A stretch of DNA of 64,000 nt from Ramazzottius varieornatus (taxonomy: Eukaryota; Animalia; Tardigrada). A program made the position numbers and the translations under genes. This document shows positions 37,282-47,822 of the stretch, piece after piece (position 1 is the first letter of the stretch; every line of letters begins with the position of its first letter). The notes beneath the pieces were generated by a model, which saw only the letters and a list, made by a program, of their open reading frames with translations, was not told the DNA's origin and did not search any database. The stretch covers positions 1,663,249-1,727,248 of the forward strand of contig BDGG01000005.1 in NCBI GenBank assembly GCA_001949185.1, given 5' to 3'.

Positions 37282-39216
37282 TTAATGCGCCATCATTCCG
37301 TAACCGTTTGCGGGGGAGATCACCTTCCCCATCTTTCCTTCTTCCCTAGCATTTTTTACAGCAGCCATCTTTTTATGATTAGGTTTATGCCTTCGTTTGA
37401 GAAGCATTCTGTTGTTGAAAGAAGAGTACGTTGCAAGATGTGCGGTATCACTATAAAAACGCCCGCTTCCATCGTCTGCAGATCCGGATGGTCTAACGCC
37501 CTTCGTGCTCTCGTCTGTTTTGGGGAACACCATCAACGAACCGACCATCTTTCGCTGCCTAAAGTTTTCGAACTTCCTGGTAAGTGACCGTGGCGACAGC
37601 GAGACCGTCTTGCCTTCGTACATATGCAGATCCGGGGTTCGATATCTCTTGGGTTCGTACTTCAGGATGACAGGGTCGATCTTCTCCGAGGTCTCTTGTA
37701 AGTCTTCCATATTCTTGTCGAGGTACTCTAACAACTGCGTGTCATTCTTTGCAGATCTCCTTGTACTTTTCTGACCTTCCAGGTAGACCGGTTCGCATGT
37801 AATCACATCTTCGGGACGAGGCATCAAGAAGCGGACGCGTTTCTGCTTGGCCATCTCATACAGGTCTTCTTCAGACAAGAGGGAATCTCTCGCAAACCGG
37901 ATATCTCGTCCGAGAACCATAGACTTCTGCTTCGGAAGACCATTTTCTTCTACACCTGACCCGGTACTGTCTCCATGCTCGATGCTCATTTTTCTCTCAT
38001 AGTCAGTTGACGTGAATCCTCGACTTCTTCGTCGATGTCGTTTCTTATGTTTGGTGTCTTCCGCAGGTCGCCGAGAACTCTCCGCATCCGGACAACCAAA
38101 CATGGAAGGTTTGGCGTTAGATGTCAGTGCAAACTTCATCATTTCATCGACGTCCTTCAGGCGCGGCGGACACCAAGGCTCGTCGAGGAACTTATCGTCG
38201 GAAACGCCGGATACTTTCGGAAGGAACAAACGTAAGTCCACCGGTTTCTCATTTGCTGACAAGAGACATTCCGAACTCTCGTCAGCTTCATTGTTGCTGT
38301 CACGATCCATAGAACGTAGGTAGGATCTGTACTGAACGTCTAGCGAGTCCTTTCGTGCTAGTTTCGCGTTGAATAATGTCGGAGTTTTTTTCTGCGTAGT
38401 GTTTTCTGTGTGTCTGCGTTCGTCCTTCATCGCTTCTTCCAGGTAACTATCGGTCATTTCTTGTTTTCTGCTTTCAACAGGATGAACGATACCCTCGACT
38501 TTATCTTGAGGCGTTCCTGCTCTGCTCTTAGCTTTCGCAGCTCGCATCAGAGTGAACAGGGGCGATACTTTTTCTCCTCTCGACCATCTTAAGCTGATTC
38601 GCGCAGAAAACTTTTCGGCCCCCTTCTGCTTTCTGGCTTTCTTTCTGAGCTTCTCGCCTTGCTCCATCCTTTCCTCCACTCGTTTCACAATCATTTTCTT
38701 CAGTTCTCTCTGAAGGAACTTGTGGTCGGTTTGTCGTCTGTGACTTTCGCGGTTAAGCATGTTTGCTTGGCTTTCCTGAAATGCGATCTCTTTGATCTTC
38801 CTGTGCATGGTTCTCGTTAGCAGGTTCCTTTGCTTCAAACTCAGCCAGCGGTCTTGGTCCTTCCCGCTGACGCTAGCACGAGGCTGGCCAAAAGAGGGCG
38901 CATAGTTCTTGTAGCGAACGTCAGGCGCTCTTTGAGTCTTCTCGGGTTCTTCGACAACTCCAAAAGTTGGAGATAAGCGCTTCAACAGTGATTGTCGTTC
39001 TTTGTAGCTTTCCTGCTCCACGTCGTCAATTCTTCCGAGTACGTCATACCTGAGCTGTGCTTCTTCCTCCTCGAGGGACTTTAGCCTCAGAAGCCTCGAG
39101 GCGTCGTATAGCTGAGGAGCATAGGAAGACTTTGCCGAGGCTCGAATAGGTGAGGCAAAGTTAATGAGTCTGCCTGGTGGCGCTATCGTTGGGTCGTCGT
39201 GAAATTTTGAATCCAC
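37282..39216 (-). CDS. Large uninterrupted ORF (644+ aa), charged and Lys/Arg-rich, no recognised domain; true start probably in an upstream exon
   Basis: 1.9-kb open frame with protein-like composition; frame stays open to ~39369 with no ATG upstream of the annotated GTG. Confidence 0.7.
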   Translation of the reverse strand: MDSKFHDDPTIAPPGRLINFASPIRASAKSSYAPQLYDASRLLRLKSLEEEEAQLRYDVLGRIDDVEQESYKERQSLLKRLSPTFGVVEEPEKTQRAPDVRYKNYAPSFGQPRASVSGKDQDRWLSLKQRNLLTRTMHRKIKEIAFQESQANMLNRESHRRQTDHKFLQRELKKMIVKRVEERMEQGEKLRKKARKQKGAEKFSARISLRWSRGEKVSPLFTLMRAAKAKSRAGTPQDKVEGIVHPVESRKQEMTDSYLEEAMKDERRHTENTTQKKTPTLFNAKLARKDSLDVQYRSYLRSMDRDSNNEADESSECLLSANEKPVDLRLFLPKVSGVSDDKFLDEPWCPPRLKDVDEMMKFALTSNAKPSMFGCPDAESSRRPAEDTKHKKRHRRRSRGFTSTDYERKMSIEHGDSTGSGVEENGLPKQKSMVLGRDIRFARDSLLSEEDLYEMAKQKRVRFLMPRPEDVITCEPVYLEGQKSTRRSAKNDTQLLEYLDKNMEDLQETSEKIDPVILKYEPKRYRTPDLHMYEGKTVSLSPRSLTRKFENFRQRKMVGSLMVFPKTDESTKGVRPSGSADDGSGRFYSDTAHLATYSSFNNRMLLKRRHKPNHKKMAAVKNAREEGKMGKVISPANGYGMMAH

Positions 39217-42200
39217 TTTTCCAAGCGTCTGCTTTGGGGTGCGCAGCTGGCTCTTTGCTGTGCTTAGGGCTGTCGTCGATATGCATAGATCAGAACAATT
39301 CAGTAGATCAGTTATTAAGGAGTTTCTAGTACGACAGCGCCTGTTTAATAAGTACGATCCACGTGGTAACTAATGTGATCCAGAGCAATCAGGGAACAAT
39401 CTTAGTTGGAAGCTGAGCTAACTTGTAGTACACGTACTGTAATCCCCCAAGCGAGTTGCTGAGCTCATGATCACGGATAAGTCTTCGCAATCAGCTCAAA
39501 GGTCAAACGTGTCAAAGTTATGTTTGCACTCTGTAGTAATCCTGCAAGAACGTCCCACGTACGGCAGAAATCGTTCAACATACAGTGGAAGAATTTCATC
39601 TTGCTTTCCTTTGGTACATGTTTCTTCCGCCTCGTTAGGCGGAAGCCCGCTTATAGAACTCAGGATATGCGGACAGATATGAATGATGGGTTGTTGGCGG
39701 CAAACGGTAATGAGAACAAAAGAAGGCGTAAAAATGAGCGTTCTCATCGTTAGCATAGCGCTTTAATCAGGATAGGAGGATACGATAGCTTGTGCATTCG
39801 TGCTTAATGTTTCCCAAGAGAGCGATTGTCAGTCTTACTGGTGCCAAACGTTCGCGTGGGAGACCGGGAATTTCACTTATGTCAGGGACCTTCGCCGGCG
39901 GGCGGGCGGGCGAGCTTCCGGTAGTGCGTACTGCAGTCGCTGAAATTTGGCGGCTTTACCACTACACTTCGCAGGCAATGCCGGCCGAGGTTGAAGAGCG
40001 AATACACTAATTGCGATAAAAATAACCGGAGGTACAATCAGTTGATACCAGGTGTGAAAAGAATCGATGGAAGGTGCAGTTACCTCGCTGGGACCACAGG
40101 GTTTCTGACTTGAATCGTAAGGACTACCCTAGTCTTCCCCTGCGCGAGATCTGTTGTTAGGATGAAATTCTCTGATCGTCTTAATATGCTATTGCTGAAT
40201 ACGGTAAGACGGTATCCTGTCGTGTCGTCAGATCTCTTATGCTGCACTGTACCTTAGCATTCCGCAGGGTCCTTCTGTGTATTTCCTGAGGTCTCCGAGT
40301 TTTACTGTACGCGTGGGATCATCTGTTTAGACTCGTCGGACTGTAGTACGATATTCTGAAAGCTTCGGTTAACGTTAGCAGTGCCGACTGCTAAGAATCC
40401 GTTAACGTAATTGCATTAAGGATAATTGTTGGAACTTGCATCGATCGTCGAGATTGAGGAATGCACTTGACTACCGCATAGCGACATGTGACGAGTTTGA
40501 CAGCTAAGTACCACGATCAACGAGAGTTATCGTTAGAGACCCACTCGCAACTTTGACTGGAATGAAGCTGGGAAGCCACAGAGTTGGCACTTGACCTGTC
40601 GTCACGGTTGTTCCTTCAACCTCTCCCAAGTTCCTACAACGACGTCAGAGCGATCATAAAACATGGCTGGAACATTGCATGCCAGCGATAATAATACTTT
40701 ACAGTCTGGTGAGCGGTGATTGCTTCCACATGGCTGACACTTTCGTATACGACGTCGGAAATGACTACTATTGGCCTGCCAGGCTTTTTTGCCTGGAACT
40801 TTACAAAAGATAAATCGCGGCTGCCGCTGCTGGCCAAGTGAGAAGGATAGCGACTCTATCGCTGCCGTACTCTATTACCTTCCCGGACGAAACGATCGAT
40901 GTCGGCCACTTTCAAAGACAACATTTGACAGTTGGACTAGAGATCGCACTTGAACACTCTCTCCTCCATGTAGTACACATATCAGGATTGAGACAAACTT
41001 GACGCTTAGCTCTTTTGGGTCTTTCCCTTTGAAATACTATCTATCCTCTTCTTTTAATGCCTCGTTCAAGGATTTGAAGTGTACCCCATCCCGATTACGA
41101 AAATTTAGAGTTGTTCTTGTTGAGACGCTAACCTTTGCCGCTCATTCGAGAAGCCTTTTCACTGGAGATGATCGAGTTTAGTGGGCATCGTTGGAAGTCA
41201 TGATGAGCACGAGCACGTTCGAGGAAGCTCAACCGCGCTACACCAGAAAGCAGCGCAGGTCCTCGGCGCTGGCTGTCACAACGGAGACCAAGCATCTCTT
41301 GGAATGCATTCAGGTGAGTTGTCTTCTCCATTTAGCTCATTATGTCGTAATGATTGCGTTGACGTATTAATTGTCGCTGTGGGTGCGTGATGAGGGTAAT
41401 TGAATGGGTAACTTGACCGTGAGGCTCAGGCGGCATATTCCGGGAATAATCAGCCGGCAGATACAATTACGCAGTTGCAATAGCTCTTTCCAGAACCACA
41501 AAGCTGTTAGGCATCAAGGGGATCTAGTCCGCGGTGCGGAACGCGTAAGTGACAGAAAACCTATGGGGTTACAATGTGATTATTTTCCGAGGAAATATAA
41601 AGAGAAAACGAGGAACGAACTCGAGGTAGAAACTGGAGTAACAGAAATTCCTTCAAAGGAAATTTACTCTGCTTCACCTTCCTTCGCAAGCATGCGAATG
41701 AGAGGATTAAGATAGGATCCGGAGTGCAGACTAGGAAATTATCAATTCTCTGGAGACAACTACAGTGATAGCGATACCACGCATTGCTTTCTCTCGCTAT
41801 ATGATCATGAGGTCGTGGATCATGCATACATGCAAGAAAAACCACACTGATACCACGCATCCATCAGTACTTCAGTTGCAGTTCTTCGCTCTTTGCATTT
41901 CAGAGCTGGAATTCGATTCTTTAGCGGGTGGAAACTGGAGAACGAAGATGGAAACAATTGTTGACCATTCCATGAAACACTTTGAGAAATTTCGGTCGTA
42001 TCAGGTTTCTGAAATTCGAGAAAGCCCAAAATTTAGTAGCGGGATATCGGCAGAGGAAAGCCAATAAGTCAAAAAAACGGACTGGACCTTTTTCGTCCTG
42101 AACCGCAGCGGAGAAGACTACTGAGCTGTTCAGCGATCTGAATAGATCGGCGTTCAGGCGTGCGGTATGAGCTTTCGGGATAATCCCGTTGGATTATGAA

Positions 42201-42619
42201 ACCGATAGTCTGCAGCATGCTACGCAATGATTCTGTTGTGTGTGCTTTTGGGGAGCCGGCTTTCGATCTATCCCTATCGGAAACCGATAGCGCAACGTAA
42301 TATTTTACATTGACTTTCGATTAAAATTGGTGGAACGTTTTGTTGAGGTATTGTGATCCTCATTGCGTTATTCAAACAAATAACTTTTTCTTCAAAAGAA
42401 GACCACAATGAAACAGGAGACTAAATCAAAATCAAAAAGTTACGTGGACACGGTTCTTCCCTTCCCAAGATTCAAAACGTAAAATATTTCTTCGAGTCCT
42501 TTAGTCTCCTTCACAGTACCCATGACACAAAAAGCATTACCTCGCTGTATGTCAAGAGACAAGCGCTGTTTGAAATATTGAAGAGATCTAGGTATTGTGA
42601 TGGTTTTCTTCTATTGTAG

Positions 42620-43326
42620 TTTACGGTGCAGGTGAACGAGGACATTGCTCAACTTCACGACCTTTTGACGCAGCTCGGGTCCAACAAAGACACGCCCGAA
42701 GTGCGCAACGACATCCACAAAGTCATCCTACATTGCCTTGACGTTGCCAAAAGTGCTAAAGACCGCTTCCTTTACATTGTGATTCAGTAAGAAATACCGT
42801 CTAAAATGTTGAAGATATTTCTGTTAGTTTTGCATGTCTCTGCTGGTGGCGGAGAACCCAACAACACCGTCATAAACCTGCATGCATGGTATTCAGTTGA
42901 CCGGCGCGCACTGGGGTATGCGGGTTTGTGATAGTTGGAGGCAGACGGTTTGCCGCTCTCTCCTTCGTAGTGGAAAGTTTTCTTCTGATTACCGATTGAA
43001 TGTTCTTTTGCAGTTGCCGCGATAACGTGAAACTGCAGAACCAAGCTGGCCAGCATATGGGCATCTTCGGCTTTTGCCTGACTTACATGCAGAAAGAATT
43101 ACAAAAGTGCCTTAATCTAATTACGGGCTTTCCCGGAAAGGGCGAAGTCTTGACTCCAGATAGCCTCCATATGTAAATTAGGACCTTTTTTCCCCTCATA
43201 AACCGTCTCGAAACTTGTTCGTGACTGTCATGGTTAATTTCATTTGCAGTGAGATGGCTGAGCTCGACGATGTGCTGCATAACGTGGAGAAACACGTCCA
43301 CTACATCCGCCCAAGTACGGAAACAG
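42620..43326 (+). CDS. Internal exons (42620-42786, 43014-43171, 43250-43326) of an R7BP (RGS7-binding protein)/syntaxin-N-like helical protein; gene ends unresolved
   Basis: Spliced frame FTVQVNEDIAQLHDLLTQLGSNKDTPEVRNDIHKVILHCLDVAKSAK...FGFCLTYMQKELQKCLNLI...EMAELDDVLHNVE; splice phases are consistent. Confidence 0.55.
42871..42930. repeat. Family B bipartite inverted motif (R7BP-like intron)
   Basis: cataaacctgcatgc-N30-gtatgcgggtttgtg. Confidence 0.8.
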
Positions 43327-43470
43327 GTACGGCCGAACTCCGCTGTGATCATCCAGGGCCTGCATGCCGTCATAGAACCCATAGGTTGATTCTGCGTTCT
43401 ATTTTCTATGATAAATTTCTATTCCCTGCTGACAATCGAAAAATAGGCAGTAAAAACTAAGCCTTTGTTT

Positions 43471-43590
43471 CACCTGCATACAGTGTGCTGCGTGGTTAGC
43501 ATAGATTACGGGTATGCAGGTTTTCGGATTCCATGCACCTGCATACAACGGACCTTGCGGTTGCAGTGCGGTCTCCGTATGCAGGTGCGA
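43471..43590. repeat. Family B, two adjacent units
   Basis: cacctgcatac-N30-gtatgcagg and catgcacctgcatac-N30-gtatgcaggtgc. Confidence 0.85.
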
Positions 43591-44274
43591 GCAAGCAGGG
43601 TATCTTGCTCGTGCCGGCCTTTTGGTCGTCCAGACGGAAGAGGGAACTGCTCTATTCGCCCGGTATGGTTGAATACGATAATAAGAGTTCGCCCTCGAAA
43701 AGCTGTCAAGAGCGTGCGACTGTTTGTTCGTCATAGCATTCAAATCCCTGATTTGTAGTAAGACATGGCTCTTCAGTCATGTGAGAGATCCCCAAGGTAG
43801 TGCACCGGATGAAGGTGCACGCGACGTCCCAGAAGTAGCATTCTCAAAGTCAATACGGGCTGATTATCGTTCCACCATGCTGCTCCAGACACCTTTTTGC
43901 AAATAAAACCTTTCAGCAGCTTTCTGAGTTACACGCTGTACCTAATCGGCGGAAGTCATCTGACGTGCAAGCACGCCACATTGCGCAGCTCGACAAACGG
44001 ACGACAGGGAAACAAGAAGAGGTCCCCTTGATAACCAAATCAACTTCAAGGCCTTAAACGCGCTTGAAAGTTCGTCTCTTAGATTACGTAATGGAATAGA
44101 GAAAATAATGGTTCGACCATTGCGTGCTTCCAAATTGCCATCAAGGACTCAGTCGCAATGTTCGTTTGGGTCGCTGACGTTTAGACTCTTCCCAATCGGT
44201 GATATAGGAGTTACATAGCTTTAATTTTGTCGCCCTTGAACGTTCCTTTGTAAATTTGCTGGCTAGCTTGCGAT

Positions 44275-44404
44275 ATGGGACATCGGCAAATGAATTTTCC
44301 CAAATCGTTTTCCCAAGTGGCGCACGCTGTCAGATGATGTACTGTATAACAAGGAAAATCTGCGCCACTTGAGCTAACGATCCAGGCGAAATGACTTGCC
44401 GACA
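44275..44404. repeat. Family A palindrome with lengthened (34-nt) spacer
   Basis: atgggacatcggcaaa...cccaagtggcgcac-N34-ctgcgccacttgag. Confidence 0.85.
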
Positions 44405-45676
44405 TTTGGCAGAGCGGTGAACTTCAACCACAATGACATGACAATGATGGAACGTTTTGTGCACTTTTGTAGAAATGGTGGAGCTGTACCGAAGTAAATC
44501 AGACCGTGCGCCGTCGTCACGGTCCGTTGAGCGTATTTCTGGAACTTCCATAGTGACTTCCCCTCTCGCTTCTTCCACTTTTCCTGTCTGTAAAGGATTA
44601 CTGTGCATGCCTAGCAAATACATGTGATAAACTCTTTTGTGACTTGCAGTTGCTGCAATAATCGAGTCGTTGCTGTGTGCTATATTTAGACTTTAGAGCT
44701 TTTCGCGGTTCGCCGAACATTTATGAGCTGGGTCTAGTCCGGCCTTAAGTTTTAGAAGTTTGTATTGAGTTTGACAGCCGTAAACATGATCAACAGAGAT
44801 TGTGAAATATGACTGGTAGCTTCTTTTAACTTGGTAATGACCCTCCTAACGCTATATTAGATTATTCATAGCCGATCAAATGGAAGATCATAAATCTTCA
44901 TCCCACAAGCTCACTACTCATGGGACCAGAACGAGCTCACTGCACATTTATCAAATATCGCTGCGATGCAATCACGGAGTATTTATTGCGTGAGAATACA
45001 TGTTCATGGTTCTTCCTTTTCTTTTTCCTTTTCGCGGTCGGTCTTGCAAATTGTATAAAAAAATTGAACTAGATTGCTGTGCTGGATGGCGGAAGTTCTC
45101 ATTGCTGTTAGGTGGGCACCTGCGCCGCTTGGATGGGCGATTTGGTTCAGTTCGTTTGCCCACGACTCCAATACGAGTAACTTCCGGTTGCTTCATCGAC
45201 GTTGCGCGGATTCACGTTCAGGCTCTCGCTGTTCTTTCCACCAGGAAAGAGTTGGTCTCGAGTGCTTTCGCCTTCGAATTCAGTCTAGCCTGAAGAGGGA
45301 TGTTTCAGCAAGCAAGTGTTGGTAAATACCCCGAGGCAATCAAGCGAGAAAGAGAAAGCATGCAGCGAGTGCGAGGTATCGCCGTGCGAGATGCACTGTT
45401 GATAACTCGTACTCGATACCTGAAAGGATGTCTTGACCGACCTTCAACCCTCGCCTGCATCTTCAGCTCACTCGTTGACGATTTCATTGTCATGAATTCG
45501 TGGTAAAATTTACTTGGTGCAAAATGAAGTGGTGATGAAAGCATCATCAGCAGAACAGGTTTAATCCGATACAGCAGAGTTTATCGAGATTTCAGTACCG
45601 TTGAATCACTCTACATCACTTGGCGCATTTCTCGAATATCTTCTTCAACGTAACTAACTTCCCGGACCGGTGTTTC

Positions 45677-47592
45677 ATGATGCCTGTTCCCAGCAGAAAG
45701 CATGTGGTGGTGATGCCATTGCCGGCCATGGGACACATCTGTCCCTTATGGGAACTGGCCAAGAAGATTGCCGATGAGGACCACTTCGAGGTTACCTTTG
45801 TGGTGTCGGAGTCGAAGGTCCACGAGATGGAGCAACGCAAGATCTCTTCGACGTCCAAGAAAGGCAACCACGGTGTCCGCATTTATGGCTTGAAGGATGG
45901 GTTGACCGAAAGCCTGGACAAAACTATCGATCCCAACCATCTACTGGCTCTCGTCAAGGAGATCAGTCCAGCTCAAAGAGCCTTCCTCGAAGCTCTTCCG
46001 ACGAGGAACCAGCCCGGAAACCCCATTACGATCCAAGGTACCGTAGTACACTAAATTTACGTTCTTGACACTCTCAAGTGCTCACTTTCTTTCTTTGTCG
46101 ATTGATTGGGGCAAAATACTGTTTAAAAATGCTACACAAGGCAGTATCGACACGGAAGTGAAATCAAACTGCGGTACTCAATCAATCTGAGCGTCCTGTT
46201 CAGAATCTCTGCAGAAGAGATATTGCGCGCACTGTCACAGACTTTTTCCTACAGTGTTCCGTCTGCCTTTCTCACAGGCATATCTCCCGTCGATGCGGTC
46301 ATCGTGGATAACTGCTTTCCCGATCCAATTCCCATTTGCCGGAAGCGCGGAATTGCAGCTCACGCCTTCAGCGCCTCCGCGGCCTGGACAGTCCTCGGCG
46401 TTATGACCATCAACGACCAGACACCAACCATGTCTGACGAGGCCTTCTTCGACGGAACTCACGAGGACCTGGCACATACTAAGGCAGTCAAGAGCCTGAA
46501 GGAATGGCTGGTGGCTTGCCACAATGCCATGTCCCAGGCTTCTTCCATCTGCTTGAACTCTTTCGAGGACCTCGAACCCGACTTCGTCAAGAACCTCAAG
46601 ACCGTCGCACCCAACGTCGCTGACACTCCGACGTACTTCCTCGGTATGGGTAGCTTCCGGTCTCACGACAAAGTAGATGGGACGTTGGCGAATGAATTTA
46701 GCCAGATTGCTTTCTCGAGTGGTGCAGGCTTTCAGCCAATAGCAATGCACACGTGCGCCGCTTGAGTTGAAATCTAGCTGATTCGGGTCATTTCCTCCAC
46801 GTTCCGGACTGACTTATCATCTGAGTAACCTCACTTTCAGGTCCGCTATTGCCTTCGGTTTCCGACTTTGCTGAACAAAAGACCGAGTACGCCGCCAACG
46901 TGGTGAAATGGTTGGATCAACAGAAGGACAAGTCGGTCATCTATGTTTCCTTCGGGTCGATCGCCTTGCCTAGTGCGGAACAGATTCAGGAGATCACGAA
47001 AGCTCTCTTGGCTACAAAGCGACCCTTCATTTGGTCCTTGGAGAAGCAAGCCCAGTCAACCCTGCCTCTGGAGTGCTGTAAGCATCTGAACAACTGCGAG
47101 AAGCAGTCGGACCTTGCTGACTGCCCCTACTTGATCGCGTCCTGGCAGCCACAGAAAGAAATCTTGGCCCATCCGGCCACCGGACTCTTCATCGGACACT
47201 GCGGCTGGAACAGTACAATCGAGAGCATTGGAAACGGGGTACCCAAGCTCGCATTGGTAAGTTGCTAACTGCGTCTATTTTTCAGTGTATCTTGTTCATT
47301 GTTCTAAATATTTTAGCCGATGTTTGGCGATCAACACGAGAACGCGGAATTGGTGGAGAAGATTGGCTGCGGTATAATGATACCGAACATCTCTCAAAGA
47401 GGCGAACGGCTGGTCCCTGCCGAGGAGATCCTGACCAACATCAAAGCTATCACTGGTGAACAAGACGGGAGCAACGGAAAGAAGGTCAACTATTACGGAA
47501 ACGCGAAAGAATACTCTGCAAAGGCACACGAAGCTATTTCGCCATCTGGGAAATCTACCCGCGACTTCCATAACTTCTGCATGAATTTATAA
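45677..47592 (+). CDS. Soluble UDP-glycosyltransferase (GT1) with plant-type PSPG-like box; exons 45677-46037, 46278-46643, 46841-47256, 47317-47592
   Basis: HVVVMPLPAMGHICP; WLDQQKDKSVIYVSFGS; WQPQKEILAHPATGLFIGHCGWNSTIESIGNGVP...PMFGDQHENA; no signal peptide or C-terminal TM. Confidence 0.92.
46677..46800. repeat. Family A palindrome (UGT intron)
   Basis: atgggacgttggcgaa...gagtggtgcag-N25-gtgcgccgcttgag. Confidence 0.8.
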
Positions 47593-47822
47593 AAAAATTG
47601 CAGACTGGCTAACAAGAATGAAACTCAAAATTTCTCGAATGTAACACAACTAGTTAACAGGTAGAAACAAGAACCCAGGAATACGAGAAATCACACTGTG
47701 CGATTCAAAAATAATCTAAACTCAAATCTCATCGTAGACAAAATCTCAGTCTTTGGCAACCGTTTTCACGTACGTACCACTTATAAAGCGTACAACGAAA
47801 CTAGTCTACTTTCTTTGGTCTC

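Noticed and set aside
43471-43590. CRISPR array interpretation of Family A/B repeats with 25-30-nt spacers
   Set aside because: Flanks are inverted rather than direct repeats, units are dispersed singly or in pairs, the context is eukaryotic and no cas genes are present.
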